A DNA stretch of 63,016 nt, the filler included, from Chiloscyllium plagiosum (Eukaryota): NCBI RefSeq assembly GCF_004010195.1. It is 3 parts of one record of this genome, joined end to end, with 100 filler letters (N's around TTAATTAATTAA, not from the genome) between each part and the next. Parts side by side here need not be neighbours in the genome. Positions count along the whole stretch, not along the records: positions 46,979 to 63,016 come from NC_057715.1; 2 more parts are not named here. One strand, given 5' to 3'. Below are positions 51,325 to 63,016 of this stretch, piece after piece. Under the pieces are notes generated by a model, which worked only from the letters and a program-made list of their open reading frames with translations, did no database searches and was not told the origin of the DNA. The translations under genes and the position numbers were made by a program. Position 1 is the stretch's first letter. The number at the start of each line of letters is the position of its first letter.

Positions 51325-51759
51325 GAAGCTCCTTAAGAATTATATGTTTCAATGAGAACACCTCTCATTCTTCTAAACTCCTGTGAGTAGAATACAACCT
51401 GTTTAACCTTTGCACATATGACAACTCTCCAACCCCACAACTATCCTCATAAACATTCTCTGAATTGCTTCCAATGAAATGATATTTCTTCAATACTGTT
51501 GGTTATTATGAGAGATTAATTCACATTCACTGTATTTGTTGTTGGGTTTGTTCAAACAGACAATGCAAGTCTCCCAAAAAAGTGATAGTGGGAGCTCTTT
51601 CAGGCTGAAAACTTTCATTGGCAGAACCTAGGATCAATCTTTATTATGCAAAGTTGAAAAAGGGATGAGAAAATAATATTCATTATTCTGACTTTGATGA
51701 AGATGCAGGAATACAATGAGAGGGACAGAGAGATCTTCATTCATAGCCAATGAATGGCA

Positions 51760-51990
51760 GTGATTTGATTTGATTTATCAATGTCACATGTACCTAAGTA
51801 CAGTCAAAAGTGTTGTTTTGGTTATAGTACAGGCAGATCATACCACATAAGGATATAGAGATTATAGGGTGTTTAGACAGAGCGAGGCACAATTAAGGTT
51901 TAAAAGTGCCTGATGGTTGAAAGAAATGTGAGAATAAGATCTGATGTAGAGAGCTTGCAAGAGTCACCCGGCATTGGCGCCATCTTGAAT
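51760..51990 (-). mobile_element. Short non-autonomous element with Rex1-like tail
   Basis: Minus strand begins caagatggcgcc and ends acatgtgacattgataaatcaaatcaaatc, like the tail of 49595-49965. Confidence 0.55.
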
Positions 51991-52129
51991 CATCTCTACC
52001 TTCTCGTTCTGTGGAATAATGTCTCTGAATAGGTTGATTAGAAAAATAGTTTAAATTTTAAAAAATCTGTGGGGACCATCCTGTGGCACAGTTGTAGTGT
52101 CCCTACCTCTGGACATCGAGGCCTGAGTT

Positions 52130-53831
52130 AGAGTCATAGAATCATAGAGATATACAGCATGGAAACAGACCCTTTGGTCCAACCTGTCCATGCTGACCAG
52201 ATATCCCAACCCAATCTAGTCCCACCTGCCAGCACCCGGCCCATATCCCTCCAAACCCTTCCTATTCATATACCCGTCCAAATATCTCTTAAATATTGCA
52301 ATTGTACCAGCCTCACCACATCCTCTGGCAGCTCATTCCATACACGTACCACCCTCTGCGTGAAAAAGTTGCCTCTTAGGTCTCTTTTATATCTTTCCCC
52401 ACTCACCCTAAACCTATGCCCTCTAGTTCTGGACTCCCCAACACCAGGGAAAAGACTTTGTCTACTTATCCTATCCATGCCCCTCATAATTTTGTAAATC
52501 TCTATAAGGTCACCCCTCAGCCTCCCACGCTCCAGGGAAAACAGTCCCAGCCTGTTCAGCCTCTCCCTGTAGCTCAGATCCTCCAACCCTGGCAACATCC
52601 TTGGAAATCTTTTCTGAACCCTTTCAAGTTTCATAACACCTTCCCGATAGGAAGGAGACCAGAATTGCATGCAATATTCCAACAGTGGCCTNNNNNNNNN
52701 NNNNNNNNNNNNNNNNNNNNNNNNNNNNNNNNNNNNNNNNNNNNNNNNNNNNNNNNNNNNNNNNNNNNNNNNNNNNNNNNNNNNNNNNNNNNNNNNNNNN
52801 NNNNNNNNNNNNNNNNNNNNNNNNNNNNNNNNNNNNNNNNNNNNNNNNNNNNNNNNNNNNNNNNNNNNNNNNNNNNNNNNNNNNNNNNNNNNNNNNNNNN
52901 NNNNNNNNNNNNNNNNNNNNNNNNNNNNNNNNNNNNNNNNNNNNNNNNNNNNNNNNNNNNNNNNNNNNNNNNNNNNNNNNNNNNNNNNNNNNNNNNNNNN
53001 NNNNNNNNNNNNNNNNNNNNNNNNNNNNNNNNNNNNNNNNNNNNNNNNNNNNNNNNNNNNNNNNNNNNNNNNNNNNNNNNNNNNNNNNNNNNNNNNNNNN
53101 NNNNNNNNNNNNNNNNNNNNNNNNNNNNNNNNNNNNNNNNNNNNNNNNNNNNNNNNNNNNNNNNNNNNNNNNNNNNNNNNNNNNNNNNNNNNNNNNNNNN
53201 NNNNNNNNNNNNNNNNNNNNNNNNNNNNNNNNNNNNNNNNNNNNNNNNNNNNNNNNNNNNNNNNNNNNNNNNNNNNNNNNNNNNNNNNNNNNNNNNNNNN
53301 NNNNNNNNNNNNNNNNNNNNGTTCTCGGGTACACCTGATCAGGTCCTGGGGATTTATCCACCTTTAACCGTTTCAAGACATCCAGCACTTCCTCCTCTGT
53401 AATCTGGACATTTTGCAAGATGTCACCATCTATTTCCCTACAGTCTATATCTTCCATATCCCTTTCCACAGTAACTACTGATGCAAAATATTAATTTAGT
53501 ATCTCCCCATTTTCTGTGGTTCCACACAAAGGCTGCCTTGCTGATCTGTGAGGGACCCTATTCTCTCCCTAGTTACCCTTTTGTCCTTAATATATTTGTA
53601 AAACCCCTTTGGATTCTCCTTAATTCTCTTTGCCAAAGCTATCTCATGTCCCCGTTTTGCCCTCCTGATTTCCCTCTTAAGTATACTCCTACTGCCTTTA
53701 TACTCTTCTAAGGATTTACTCGATCTATCCTGTAATTATCTGACATATGCTTCCTTCTTTTTTTTAACCAAACCCTCAATTTCTTTCGTCATCCAGCATT
53801 CCCTATACCTACCAGCCTTCCCTTTCACCCT
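52130..53831 (-). mobile_element. Young CR1 (about 1.7 kb including a 629-N gap) inserted in a short SINE
   Basis: ORFs 52266-52682(-) and 52624-53469(-) EEVLDVLKRLKVDKSPGPDQVYPR; SINE halves at 52070-52129 and 53832-53900. Confidence 0.93.
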
Positions 53832-55054
53832 GTTCAAGTGCCACCTGCTCCAGATGTTGTTAACAACACCTCTCTGAACAGGTTGATTAGAAAAAAAATA
53901 AGTTAAATACTAAAGAAAAATAGTTGTGAGGTTAATTTGTGTTGGATTGGTTGTGTCCCTACCTCTGGGCCAAGAGACCCATGTTCAAGTCTCAGCTGCT
54001 CCAGAGGCATACAAAGATATCGCTCTGAGCAGACAGATTCAAAAAGGTTATCTAACAGAACATTGCTTCAGTTGCTCATGAGCCATGCACTGGAGGACTG
54101 GATAATAAAAAGAAAGCCCACTTGGGTGCAATGTGAGTCTTAAGTGACTTTCTGATGTTTCCATTCCATCCCTCCTGTCAGCCTCCACCTCACCCCTTTC
54201 CCCACCCCCACCATCCTCCACTCCTTGGAACAGAAGTTGGGTCACTGTGCTACGTAATTGGCATGCAGGTAACATGCTACATTTTAGGAGCTCATCCACC
54301 ATTGGTGGATCATTAAATTCCACTCCCGTAAAGCTCATCTGTCAACCTCCCAAACACAAAGAAAATGCAATCATTTTTGTATAACCATGAAACTTTTTAA
54401 CTCCTGGCATCATTCTGGCGATAGTCACTCTCTTCTATTGAAGCTGAGTCTATCATTTCAGAGGGTCAGTGACTAATTCTGAACATAGCACTTCAGATAA
54501 GATCAAATATAGCTGAAGCATCACTTTCACTCTCTAACCCAAGATAAAGGCCAACAGTCCATTAGCCTTTTTGATTACTTCTTGTACCTGCATTGTAGCT
54601 TTTATTGATTTGTGTACATGAAACCTAAATCATTTTGTTTCCCTACAACTCCTAGTCTCTTACCATTGACAAAATATTCTGATGACTGTAAACTTCCTCA
54701 CATTAAACACCATGCTGTTAGTTCTGTCCACTCATTGTCATTTTGTCATTTCCACTTCTCAGCTACACAATCGTACATTAAAATTACTAGAAGAAAATTA
54801 GCCTATAACAAAAACATGGATTTATATTTTGTAATTTTACGTAGAAGGAAGTTGTGCCACTGGAGAAATTATGACACTTCACCTGCTGAAGGGGCAGCGC
54901 TCTGAAAGCTTGTGATTTGAAATAAACCTGAACCTGGTGTCACATGAATGCTTGACTTTGTCTAACACTGGCACCTCCCCATCTTGAAAAAAATGATGAA
55001 ATCAGTTTTGTCTCACACAATATATATTCCACGAGGGCTGAAGAATGCATATTA

Positions 55055-55365
55055 TGGAACAAAAACAGAAATTGCTGGAAAAGCTCAGCAGAACAGAGGA
55101 AGGGTCACGTTAAGCAGATTTCTCTCCACAGATGCTACAAGATCTGCTGAGTTTTTCCAGCAATTCCTGTTTTTGTTCCATAGTATGCATTCTCCTGTCC
55201 TTGTGGAAGATAGATTGTATGAGATAAAACTGATAGAATCAGTCTGGTAGCATCTATGGAGAGAAATCTGCATTAATGTGACCCTTCCTCAGTTCTGCTG
55301 AGCTTTCCCAACAATTTCTAATTTTGTTTCTGATTTCCAGCATTTGCAGTTATTTTAGTTTTTCT
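55055..55365. mobile_element. Nested fold-back PLE terminal fragments
   Basis: ggaacaaaaacagaaattgctggaaaa (55057) is inverted with 55152-55179; a further copy lies at 55240-55360. Confidence 0.7.
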
Positions 55366-55469
55366 AATTATACTGTGGCATGTATGAAATTATAACAGCT
55401 CCTCAGTTTAAAAGGATGTTATATTAATATGGCTTTAGGGCCGTGTTATGTTATAATGAGATATTCGCA

Positions 55470-56655
55470 AGTTTTGAGAAAATGTATAGCTCAGGTTGAG
55501 GTTCTAGATGTAGGTTTGCTTGTTGAGCTGGAAGGGTCATTTTCAGACGTTTAGTCACCATACAAGGTAACATCTTCAGTGAGCCTCCAGATGAAGCACT
55601 GGTGCCATGATCTGCTTTCTATTTATGTGTTCAGGTTTCCTTGGGTTGATGATGTCATTTCCTTTTGTTTTTCTCAGAAGGTGGCAAATGGGATCCACGT
55701 CAATGTGTTGGTTGATGGAGTTCCGATTGAAATTCCATGCTTCTAGGAATTCTCGTGTGTGTCTGTATTTGGCTTGTCCTCGGATAGATGTGTTGTCCCA
55801 GTCGAAGTGGTGTCCTTCCTCATCTATATGCAAGGATACGAGTGAGAGTGGGTCATGTCTTTTTGTGGCTAGTTGATGTTCATGTATCCTGGTGGCTAGG
55901 TTTCTGCCTATTCGTCCAATGTTTGTTACAGTTCTTGCAAATTATTTTGTAAATGACATTAGTTTTGCTTGTTATCTGTATAGGGTCTTTCAAGTTAATT
56001 AGCTGCTGTTTTAGTGTGTTGGTGGGTTTGTGGGCTATTATGACGCCCACACTACTCAGACCTCTTGGCATTGTGGTAGCACACAAACCCACCAACACAC
56101 TAAAACAGTAGCTAATGAACTTGAAAGTCCCTGTACAGGCAACAAGCAAAACTGATGTCATTTACAAAAATCTTGCAAGGACTGTAACAAACACTATATT
56201 GGATGAACAGGCAGAAAACTAGCCACCAGGATACATGAACATCAACTAGCCACAAAAAGACATGACCCACTCTTACTAGTACCCTTACATATAGATGAGG
56301 AAGGACACCACTTTGACTGGGACAACACATCCATCCGAGGACAAGCCAAATACAAGCACGTGCAAGAATTCCTGGATGCAAGGCATTCCAACCGGAACTC
56401 TATCAACCAACACATTGAATCCCATTTACTACCCTCTGAGAAAAAGAACAGGAAATGACATTACCACAGGAAATGGCCTCACCACAGGAAATTACATCAC
56501 ACACCCAAGGAAACCTAAACACAGAAATAGAAAGCGGGTCATGCCACCAGTGCTTCATTCGGAGGCTTACTGATGATGTTACTGAATATGGTGACAAAAC
56601 CATACAGAATATGGTGTCTGAAAGTGAATATTCTAGCTCAGTGAGCAATCTTACA
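55470..56655. mobile_element. Penelope element as an inverted repeat with arms of about 550 bp (GIY-YIG region)
   Basis: 55880-56161(-) AHKPTNTLKQQLINLKDP..NVIYKIICKNC; 55576-55833(-) GHHFDWDNTSI..REFLEAW..NSINQH. A mirror copy lies on + from about 56075; degenerate HHRs at 55545-55579(-) and 56570-56600(+). Confidence 0.93.
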
Positions 56656-56887
56656 TCCAGGATGAGATGTTTGGATAAGTAAAGGTGAGCTCTTGATTAT
56701 TGGTGATATGGGGCTGGATTTTCAAAGGACAATAAGTTCAGGGAATAATGGAGGTAGCCCTTTGAAATTTTGGGATCATGAAAGTTGATCCTGATCCGGA
56801 ACAGTTTCAAATTTTCAAAGGCATGGAAAGCGACAGGCAGTAGGAGACACACTTGCCACAAATTAGCAGCAATTTCATCAGCTTAAG

Positions 56888-57186
56888 GGTGGCACAGTGG
56901 CTCAGTGGTTAGCACTGCTGCCTCACAGCACTAGAGTCCCAGGTTTGATTCCAGCCTTGGGTGACTGACTGTGTGGAGATTGCACATTCTCCCTGTGTCT
57001 GCATGGGTCTCCTCCGGGTGTTCCGGTTTCCTCCCACAATCCATAAATTGTTCAGGTTAGGTGGATTGCCCATAGTGTTAGGTACATTAACCAGAGGGAA
57101 ATGGACAGGGTGGGTTACTCTTCAAAGGGTCGGTGTGGACTTGTTGGGCCAAAGGGCATGTTTCCACACTGGAGGGAATCTAATCT
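56888..57186 (+). mobile_element. HE1/V-SINE
   Basis: ggtggcacagtggctcagtggttagcactgctgcctcacagc head, V domain, aatct tail. Confidence 0.9.
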
Positions 57187-60100
57187 TAAAAAACTTCTTT
57201 TGGGGAGTTGTGAATAAAATTCTCAATTTCATTTCTGGTAAACCTGTATAACCTTGTGCATGCCAGTGCATTGTTGTTGAATGGCCATTGGACAGATATA
57301 AATGTCTTTGCTGGACTTTTTGTGCAGGGCAGACTAGCAATGTCCTGACTTTGCAGCTCAAAGTCCACCTGGTGCGTCTTCTTCATCTCTCCAGTAGCTA
57401 TGTGCTCTATTTGGCAAGTAATTGGTAGTTTCCAATCTCTAAATTGCAACATATAAGTGGGGCTGCAAGACAATAGTCTAAAAATTCAGTCCAAAAATCA
57501 TGAACAAAACAATAACTGAATTTTTTTTTTCAAAAACATAAACTGTTTTTGAATGCAATCTGCAAAAGCTGTCTGACTTAGGAAGTTAAATTATTCAATC
57601 GAGTGAAATGTGACTGAGGAAAATAAACAGCTCATTTGTTTTCAAGTCAATTTCAAGGTACCACCAATTGGACTGTCAAGCTCCTTTTCTGTCTCAAAAA
57701 GCCATTTCTGTTTAAAAATTATATGACAAGATCAATGGAGTTTAGCACTGGAATTTTAGAGATGGCTTTGTATAATATTCTTTGTCTCATTGTGATGAAA
57801 AAAATACACTTATTGAGTCTGCTGAGACAAGGAAAGCATGAAATTTATTTGAGAAATATCAAGCTGTTTTCTTCACCGAGGTATAGGGTTACAAGATAGA
57901 GCAAGATCATGTGACATTGCATCACTTCCTGTGGTGATCTTGCTTGTATGCCATTGGTATATCACACATTTGAACCTAACCCTTTATATATCTCCTCTCA
58001 GGTTTCTGTTTTCAATATCATTTTTACAGGGAAGATCACTGTGTATTCTAACCAAACATCCTATCAGCGCATTTGGAGAAGGTTAGGAATTCAAGTCCTC
58101 CATGTAGTCTCCTGGAGTCAATTGAGCAGGAAGAGAATTGCCAAGTTAACCATATAGAGAAATCATTTGGATTGCTTGATAAACGCAGCACCTTTAAGAT
58201 ATTTGAATCGGCCTATAATCACTTTGATTAAATTGAGGATTACTTCTTTATAGAAACTCCTGTTGATCTCTTCAGCACATTGTTTTTTGGACTGAACGTT
58301 ATAGGATGGTGGATGTGGTAGGATGTGGACCTCTTCTTCCCTCGCTTTTTTCCAGTTACTGTCTTCTATGCATGGCGTTAGGAAAAGGGTGTTAAATTTC
58401 CAGCCTCCTTCCCCTGAAGAGTTTATATGTCCCAAAAATATTTTGAAATGGAGCCGCACAAAAACTCAAAAGTAGAAGTTGGATATCATTCTTCTTCAGT
58501 AATGCTCTGATTCTATATTCTCCTGTTTCACCTTCACTGTTGACTTGGTGAGCTGGTAAATTGCACAAATCTATGTGATTTCATGAACTCTTAAAGGACT
58601 CATTGGCAGACTGTAGTCCATTGGCGGTAATCCATTACACGATCTGGGAGTCAACGTGTCGCAAAAATCCCTTCCTACAATATAGTTACTGCTTCAAACA
58701 TGTGAAAATTTTGACTTTGCTAAACCATGTTGAAAGGATAAGTATAAAGATAAAAACTGCAATTTTAAAATAAAATCCAGAATGTTTATAGTGCTCTGAA
58801 AACAGTCTCACAATATCAGATTTTGATTGCATGTCAAAATTGTTATTATGCAAACACTTCACATATTAGTATTAAACTCACCTCAATGATATTTCAATGT
58901 AGATATTTACCCATTCAATATAAACATGCAAAGCTTCTATTAAAATAATGGAGAAAGGATTTGTTTGTGTTAAATTAAGTGTCAAAAAAACCCATCACCA
59001 GTAAATAGTCATTTTCCCTTTGCAAATAGAAATCTTGTTAGATTCTGACAGGCAGTAATTAAACATTTACATTCTTTTATTTGCAACTTGAGATTCAATC
59101 ATTTTGTAAGGGACAAACAATAGTCTTACAGTCAGCCTTGCCGTGACTTGTAGGAATCATGAAGAAATTTCAGTCTTAGAAATATTTAGTTTCAGAGTGC
59201 ACTTCTATTAAATCATGTGAATTTATCTGCTGCACACTCTGGCACTCACAATTATGCAATTAACTATTTCCTGTTTGACTTGCCATTTTTACTTTAATAA
59301 TATATCATTGTCTAGGATTTCAAGGTCTGAAAGTCCATGTGTTGCTGATTACTGATATGTAGCCAGTGTTAATTTTCCAACAGATAGCAGACATTTTCCA
59401 TTGTGACGCTTCAGAGCTGCAAAGAGATGAACCATTGAGCACCTTGGGGCTAACGCACAAAATTAAGATCTCTTCTTATAAGGAACATCATCTAAAACTG
59501 TCAGGCTTTTGTATTGGTGTTTAACTGACTAACTACCTGATGAAGAGTTGTTGACCTGGAACTCTGTTTCCCTCTCTAGGGACCCAAATGCTGCTGAGTA
59601 TTCCCTACATTTCTGCTCCTGTTGTGAAGCACTCATATTCTATATTCACCGTAGTGCTGGTAATGGGATTGCTAATATGAGGACAAAAACATTCAACATA
59701 CTCATTCCATTTGCTCACGTTTGGCTGCAATCCCATTCTTGTTAACAGATAAAATCACGAGTGCATTTAATTTTTAAAAAGTAACAGAAGACTGTAATTA
59801 TTACATTATCAATGCTATAGGTATGATATAACTTATAACATATTATTTACATAGATGTACACATGTACGGATCACTTGGATACTGGCTCGTAAGAAGACA
59901 GAGAGAAAAGAAATAGTTTTATTGTGGTTTGTGTGGTTGCCATGGCAGCAAGCTGCTCAAAACTGAAAGTGTATCCAAAGTCAGCATACATGATCATGGA
60001 TAGCAAAAGAATAAGAACGTAAGAACATAGCAATGAAAGAGAACATTCCATTTGCCTTCTTATATTCCATTTGCCTTCTCAAATGTGATCAGTTAATTCT

Positions 60101-61389
60101 TTGTCCCAGTTTATAATACATCTGAATAGTAATATTATTCAATCAATATTATTGGAATTATGACGACACAAATATGAATAGATTGTTATATTTGTATTAA
60201 AATTGGTGTTTGGATGTTTAACTTTATTAGTTAAAACCAATATGAAATGAAGAGACCATTCTGGAAACAACCATTTTCACTTATGCTGCTTCCACTGCTA
60301 CATATTTGAAATAAATAAACACGAGAATGAGAATTTGACTCATTTCCTTGCCATTTTTACAGAGAATTAATGATCATTGCTCCTAAATAAAAAAGAACTT
60401 TACCAAATTACTGTTTGTTCATCATTGCACTACAAGTTCATTCTGATCTATTATCAGTCCTACTTGTGATTTGATCACAATGAAGTTGTTTTGAATTAAT
60501 TCAATGTTCCACATCTTTTTACTACAGCTGAACAGGCAGTATATACTGTGTAAATTTTCCAAAGAAAATATTATTGAAAAACAAATGTGATTGTCACAAA
60601 ATGTGACTTAATTTGATAAATCCCTATGATGTCTAATACAATCAATCAGTGATATTACATCTCGAATAATGGATGCCTGGGTGTGATTACAGGACTGTAA
60701 TCTAATTGAGAGGCTCAAATGATTCCATAAACTGCAAAATCGAAGCCTGAGTGATTTATAACCACTATCTAAACCTTCTCATTAGGTTAGTGGCTGGAAA
60801 TAACTCGAGGCCACCGTCTTCTGTTTTTTCCATAATATAACTAATTCCAAAGAGTTGTTATATTCAGCTACAGGTCTGTCTGTGTGCTGTAAGCAGGTGT
60901 TGGCATGGCTGCTAGACTAGTTTATATAGTTAGTACATGACGACAGTCACAGTGGAGAATTAATAATTGCAGTACTATTAATGTAGCTGTAGGCAAAAAT
61001 AATTAGCAATTTATATCCCATGGCCAGTGCATATGACAGCTCCATGCAGTATCCAGTAATTGAAAGATCACATAACACAGCAGATGCTTCGCTCTCTGGG
61101 AGGGAAAGCTAAACCTAAGAAGGTGGAAACCAAAGTATATTTCCTCAAGGATCATTTGGCCATTATTCCAGATGAGTGCTTCATTTTTCAGACAGAAGTT
61201 CTAATATGATATGGGAAGCAATTCTCTATTCAGTCATTATTTTCTCCCTTAGGAATACAGGCAGAGCTCTACAATAAAAGCCTAAAGTGCATTTAATTTA
61301 TGTTCTATAATCCTGGTAATTGCATGATTCAATGATAATGGAGTTGTTGCCGTCAATCTCCACAGTTAGTTCTTAACAGTTCCAGATAC

Positions 61390-61520
61390 AAGTGCACAAG
61401 CATGACCCTGACCTTCCAGTAGTTGGTCAGTTTAATACAACATTCTGCTCATGTGCCCAACATGTCTGTCCTCAGCATGTTGTAGTGTGCCAGTGAATCA
61501 CAGGGCAAACTGGAAGAACC
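61390..61520 (+). mobile_element. Old PLE GIY-YIG remnant cut by CR1
   Basis: VHKHDPDLPVVGQFN..MSVLSML*CASESQGKLEE. Confidence 0.7.
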
Positions 61521-61524
61521 TGTT

Positions 61525-63016
61525 GGGGTGAAAGGAAAGGCTGCTAGGTGTAGGAAACGCTAGGTGTCTATCGAAATAGAGGTTTTGCTTAAGAGAAAGA
61601 AGGAAGCATATGTCAGGTATAGACAGGAGTGATTGAGTCAATCCTTACAAGTATAAAGGCAGAGGGTGTATACTTAAGAGGGAAATCAGAAGGGCAAAAA
61701 GGGGACATGAAATAGCTTTGGCAAATAGGGTGAAGGAGAATCCAAAGGGACTTTTTATACATTAAGGACAAAGGGTAATAAGGGAGAGAATAGGGCCCCT
61801 CACAGTTCAGCAAGGCAGCCTATATGTGGAGCCACAGGAGATGGAGGAGTTACTAAACGAGTATTTTGCATTAGTGTTTATTTGGAGAAGGACATGGAAG
61901 ATACAGAACGTGGGGAAATAGATGGTGACATCTTGAAAAATGTCCATATTACAGAGGAGGTGGTGCTGGATGACTTGAAATACATAAAAAATGGATAAAT
62001 CTCCAGGACCTGATCAGGTGTACCCTAGAACTCTGTGGGAAGCTAGAGAAGTGATTGCTGGGCCTCTTGCTGAGATATTTGTATCATCAATAGTCACAGG
62101 TGAGGTACTGGAAGACTGGAGGTTGGCTAACATAGTGCCACTGTTTAAGAAGGGTGGTAAGGACAAGCCAGGGAACTATAGACCGGTGAGACTGACATTG
62201 GTAGTAGGCAAGTTGTTGGAGGGAATCCTGAGGGACAGGATGTACATGTATTCGGAAAGGCAAGGACTGATTTGGAATAGTCAGCATTTGTGCGTGGGAA
62301 GTCATGTCTCACGAACTTGATTGAGTTTTTTTGAAGATGTAATGAAGATGGTTGATGAGGGCAGGGCAGTAGATGTGATCGATATGGACTTCAGAGAGGC
62401 ATTTAACAAGGTTAGCAAGGTTAGATCTCATGGAATACAGGGGAAACTAGCCATTTGGATACAGAACTGGCTCAAAGGTAGAAGACAGAGGGTGGTGATG
62501 GAGGGTTATTTTTTGAACTAGAGGCCTGTGACCAGTGGTGTGCCACAAGGATTAGTGCTGAGTCCACTGCTTTTTGTCATTTATGTGAATGATTTGATGT
62601 GAACATAGAAGGCATAGTAAGTAAGTTTGAAGATGACACCAGAATTGGAGGTGTAGTGGACAGCGAAGAAGGTTACCTCAGATTACAACGGGATCTTGAT
62701 CAGATGGGCCAATGGGCTGAGGAGTGGCAGATGGAATTTAATTTAGATAAATGCGAGGTGTTGCATTTTGGAAAAGCAAATCAGAGCAGGACTTATGCAT
62801 TTAATGATAAGGTTCTAGGGAGTGTTGCTGAACAAAGAGACCTTGGAGTGCAGGTTCATAGCTCCTTGAAAGTAGAATCACAGGTAGATAGGATAGTGAA
62901 GAAGATGTTTGGTATGCTTTCCTTTATTGAGTATTGAGTACCAGAGTTGGGAGGTCATGTTGTGGCTGTACAGGACATTGGTTAGGCCACTTTTGGAATA
63001 TTGTATGCAATGCTGG
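61525..63016 (+). mobile_element. CR1 LINE ORF2 reverse transcriptase, frameshifted (runs off window end)
   Basis: DKSPGPD..WRLANIVPLFKKG..PGNYRPV; DMDFREAFNKV; SGVPQG; SKFEDDTRIGG; WQMEFNLDKC. Confidence 0.96.

Larger units (their letters stand above)
50090..51490 (-). mobile_element. Old CR1 3' fragment broken by at least five nested insertions
   Basis: Host pieces at about 50090, 50435-50495, 50800-50975, 51095-51198 and 51326-51490; inserts are an HE1 SINE, PLE termini (50495, 50980, 51199) and a CR1 tail 50650-50800(+). Confidence 0.7.

Noticed and set aside
52416..53469. Long ORFs of 217-328 aa in the track
   Set aside because: Artefacts of reading through a 629-N gap inside a CR1.
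59384..59524. Plus-strand IADIFHCDASELQRDEPLSTLGL after an acceptor, resembling an acyl-carrier domain
   Set aside because: Lacks the essential DS phosphopantetheine serine motif; no PKS/FAS exons nearby.
16299..60954. CACAGTG heptamers as possible Ig/TCR recombination signals
   Set aside because: No ACAAAAACC-like nonamer at 12/23 spacing for the heptamers I inspected, and no V/J/C-like peptides.

Overview
Repeat-dense, apparently gene-free vertebrate genomic DNA (intergenic or a very large intron). It is almost certainly from a cartilaginous fish: the inference rests on HE1-type V-SINEs, a SacSINE1/DeuSINE-like element, and shark-type CR1 and Penelope families. I recognise no host protein-coding gene, rRNA, true tRNA or CRISPR array; nearly all ORFs in the track are retroelement fragments or their antisense shadows. 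Content: many 5'-truncated CR1 LINEs (RT and APE pieces); several Penelope-like element (PLE) families with GIY-YIG remnants and inverted architecture; solo LTRs and a Gypsy protease remnant; PIF/Harbinger remnants; a Rex1/Babar 3' end; tRNA-derived SINEs; four assembly gaps, two carrying an artificial TTAATTAATTAA stop linker. The most notable signal is about 20 intact or degenerate minimal type-I hammerhead ribozyme (HHR) cores (CUGANGA-stem II-GAAA-palindromic stem III) on both strands, carried by PLE termini. Young PLE copies are repeatedly nested inside older relatives, twice exactly at the older copy's hammerhead TGATGA. A few repeat-poor islands and exon-like segments on the minus strand are reported only as low-confidence candidates. 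Family names come from recalled consensus motifs, not database searches, and most repeat boundaries are approximate.
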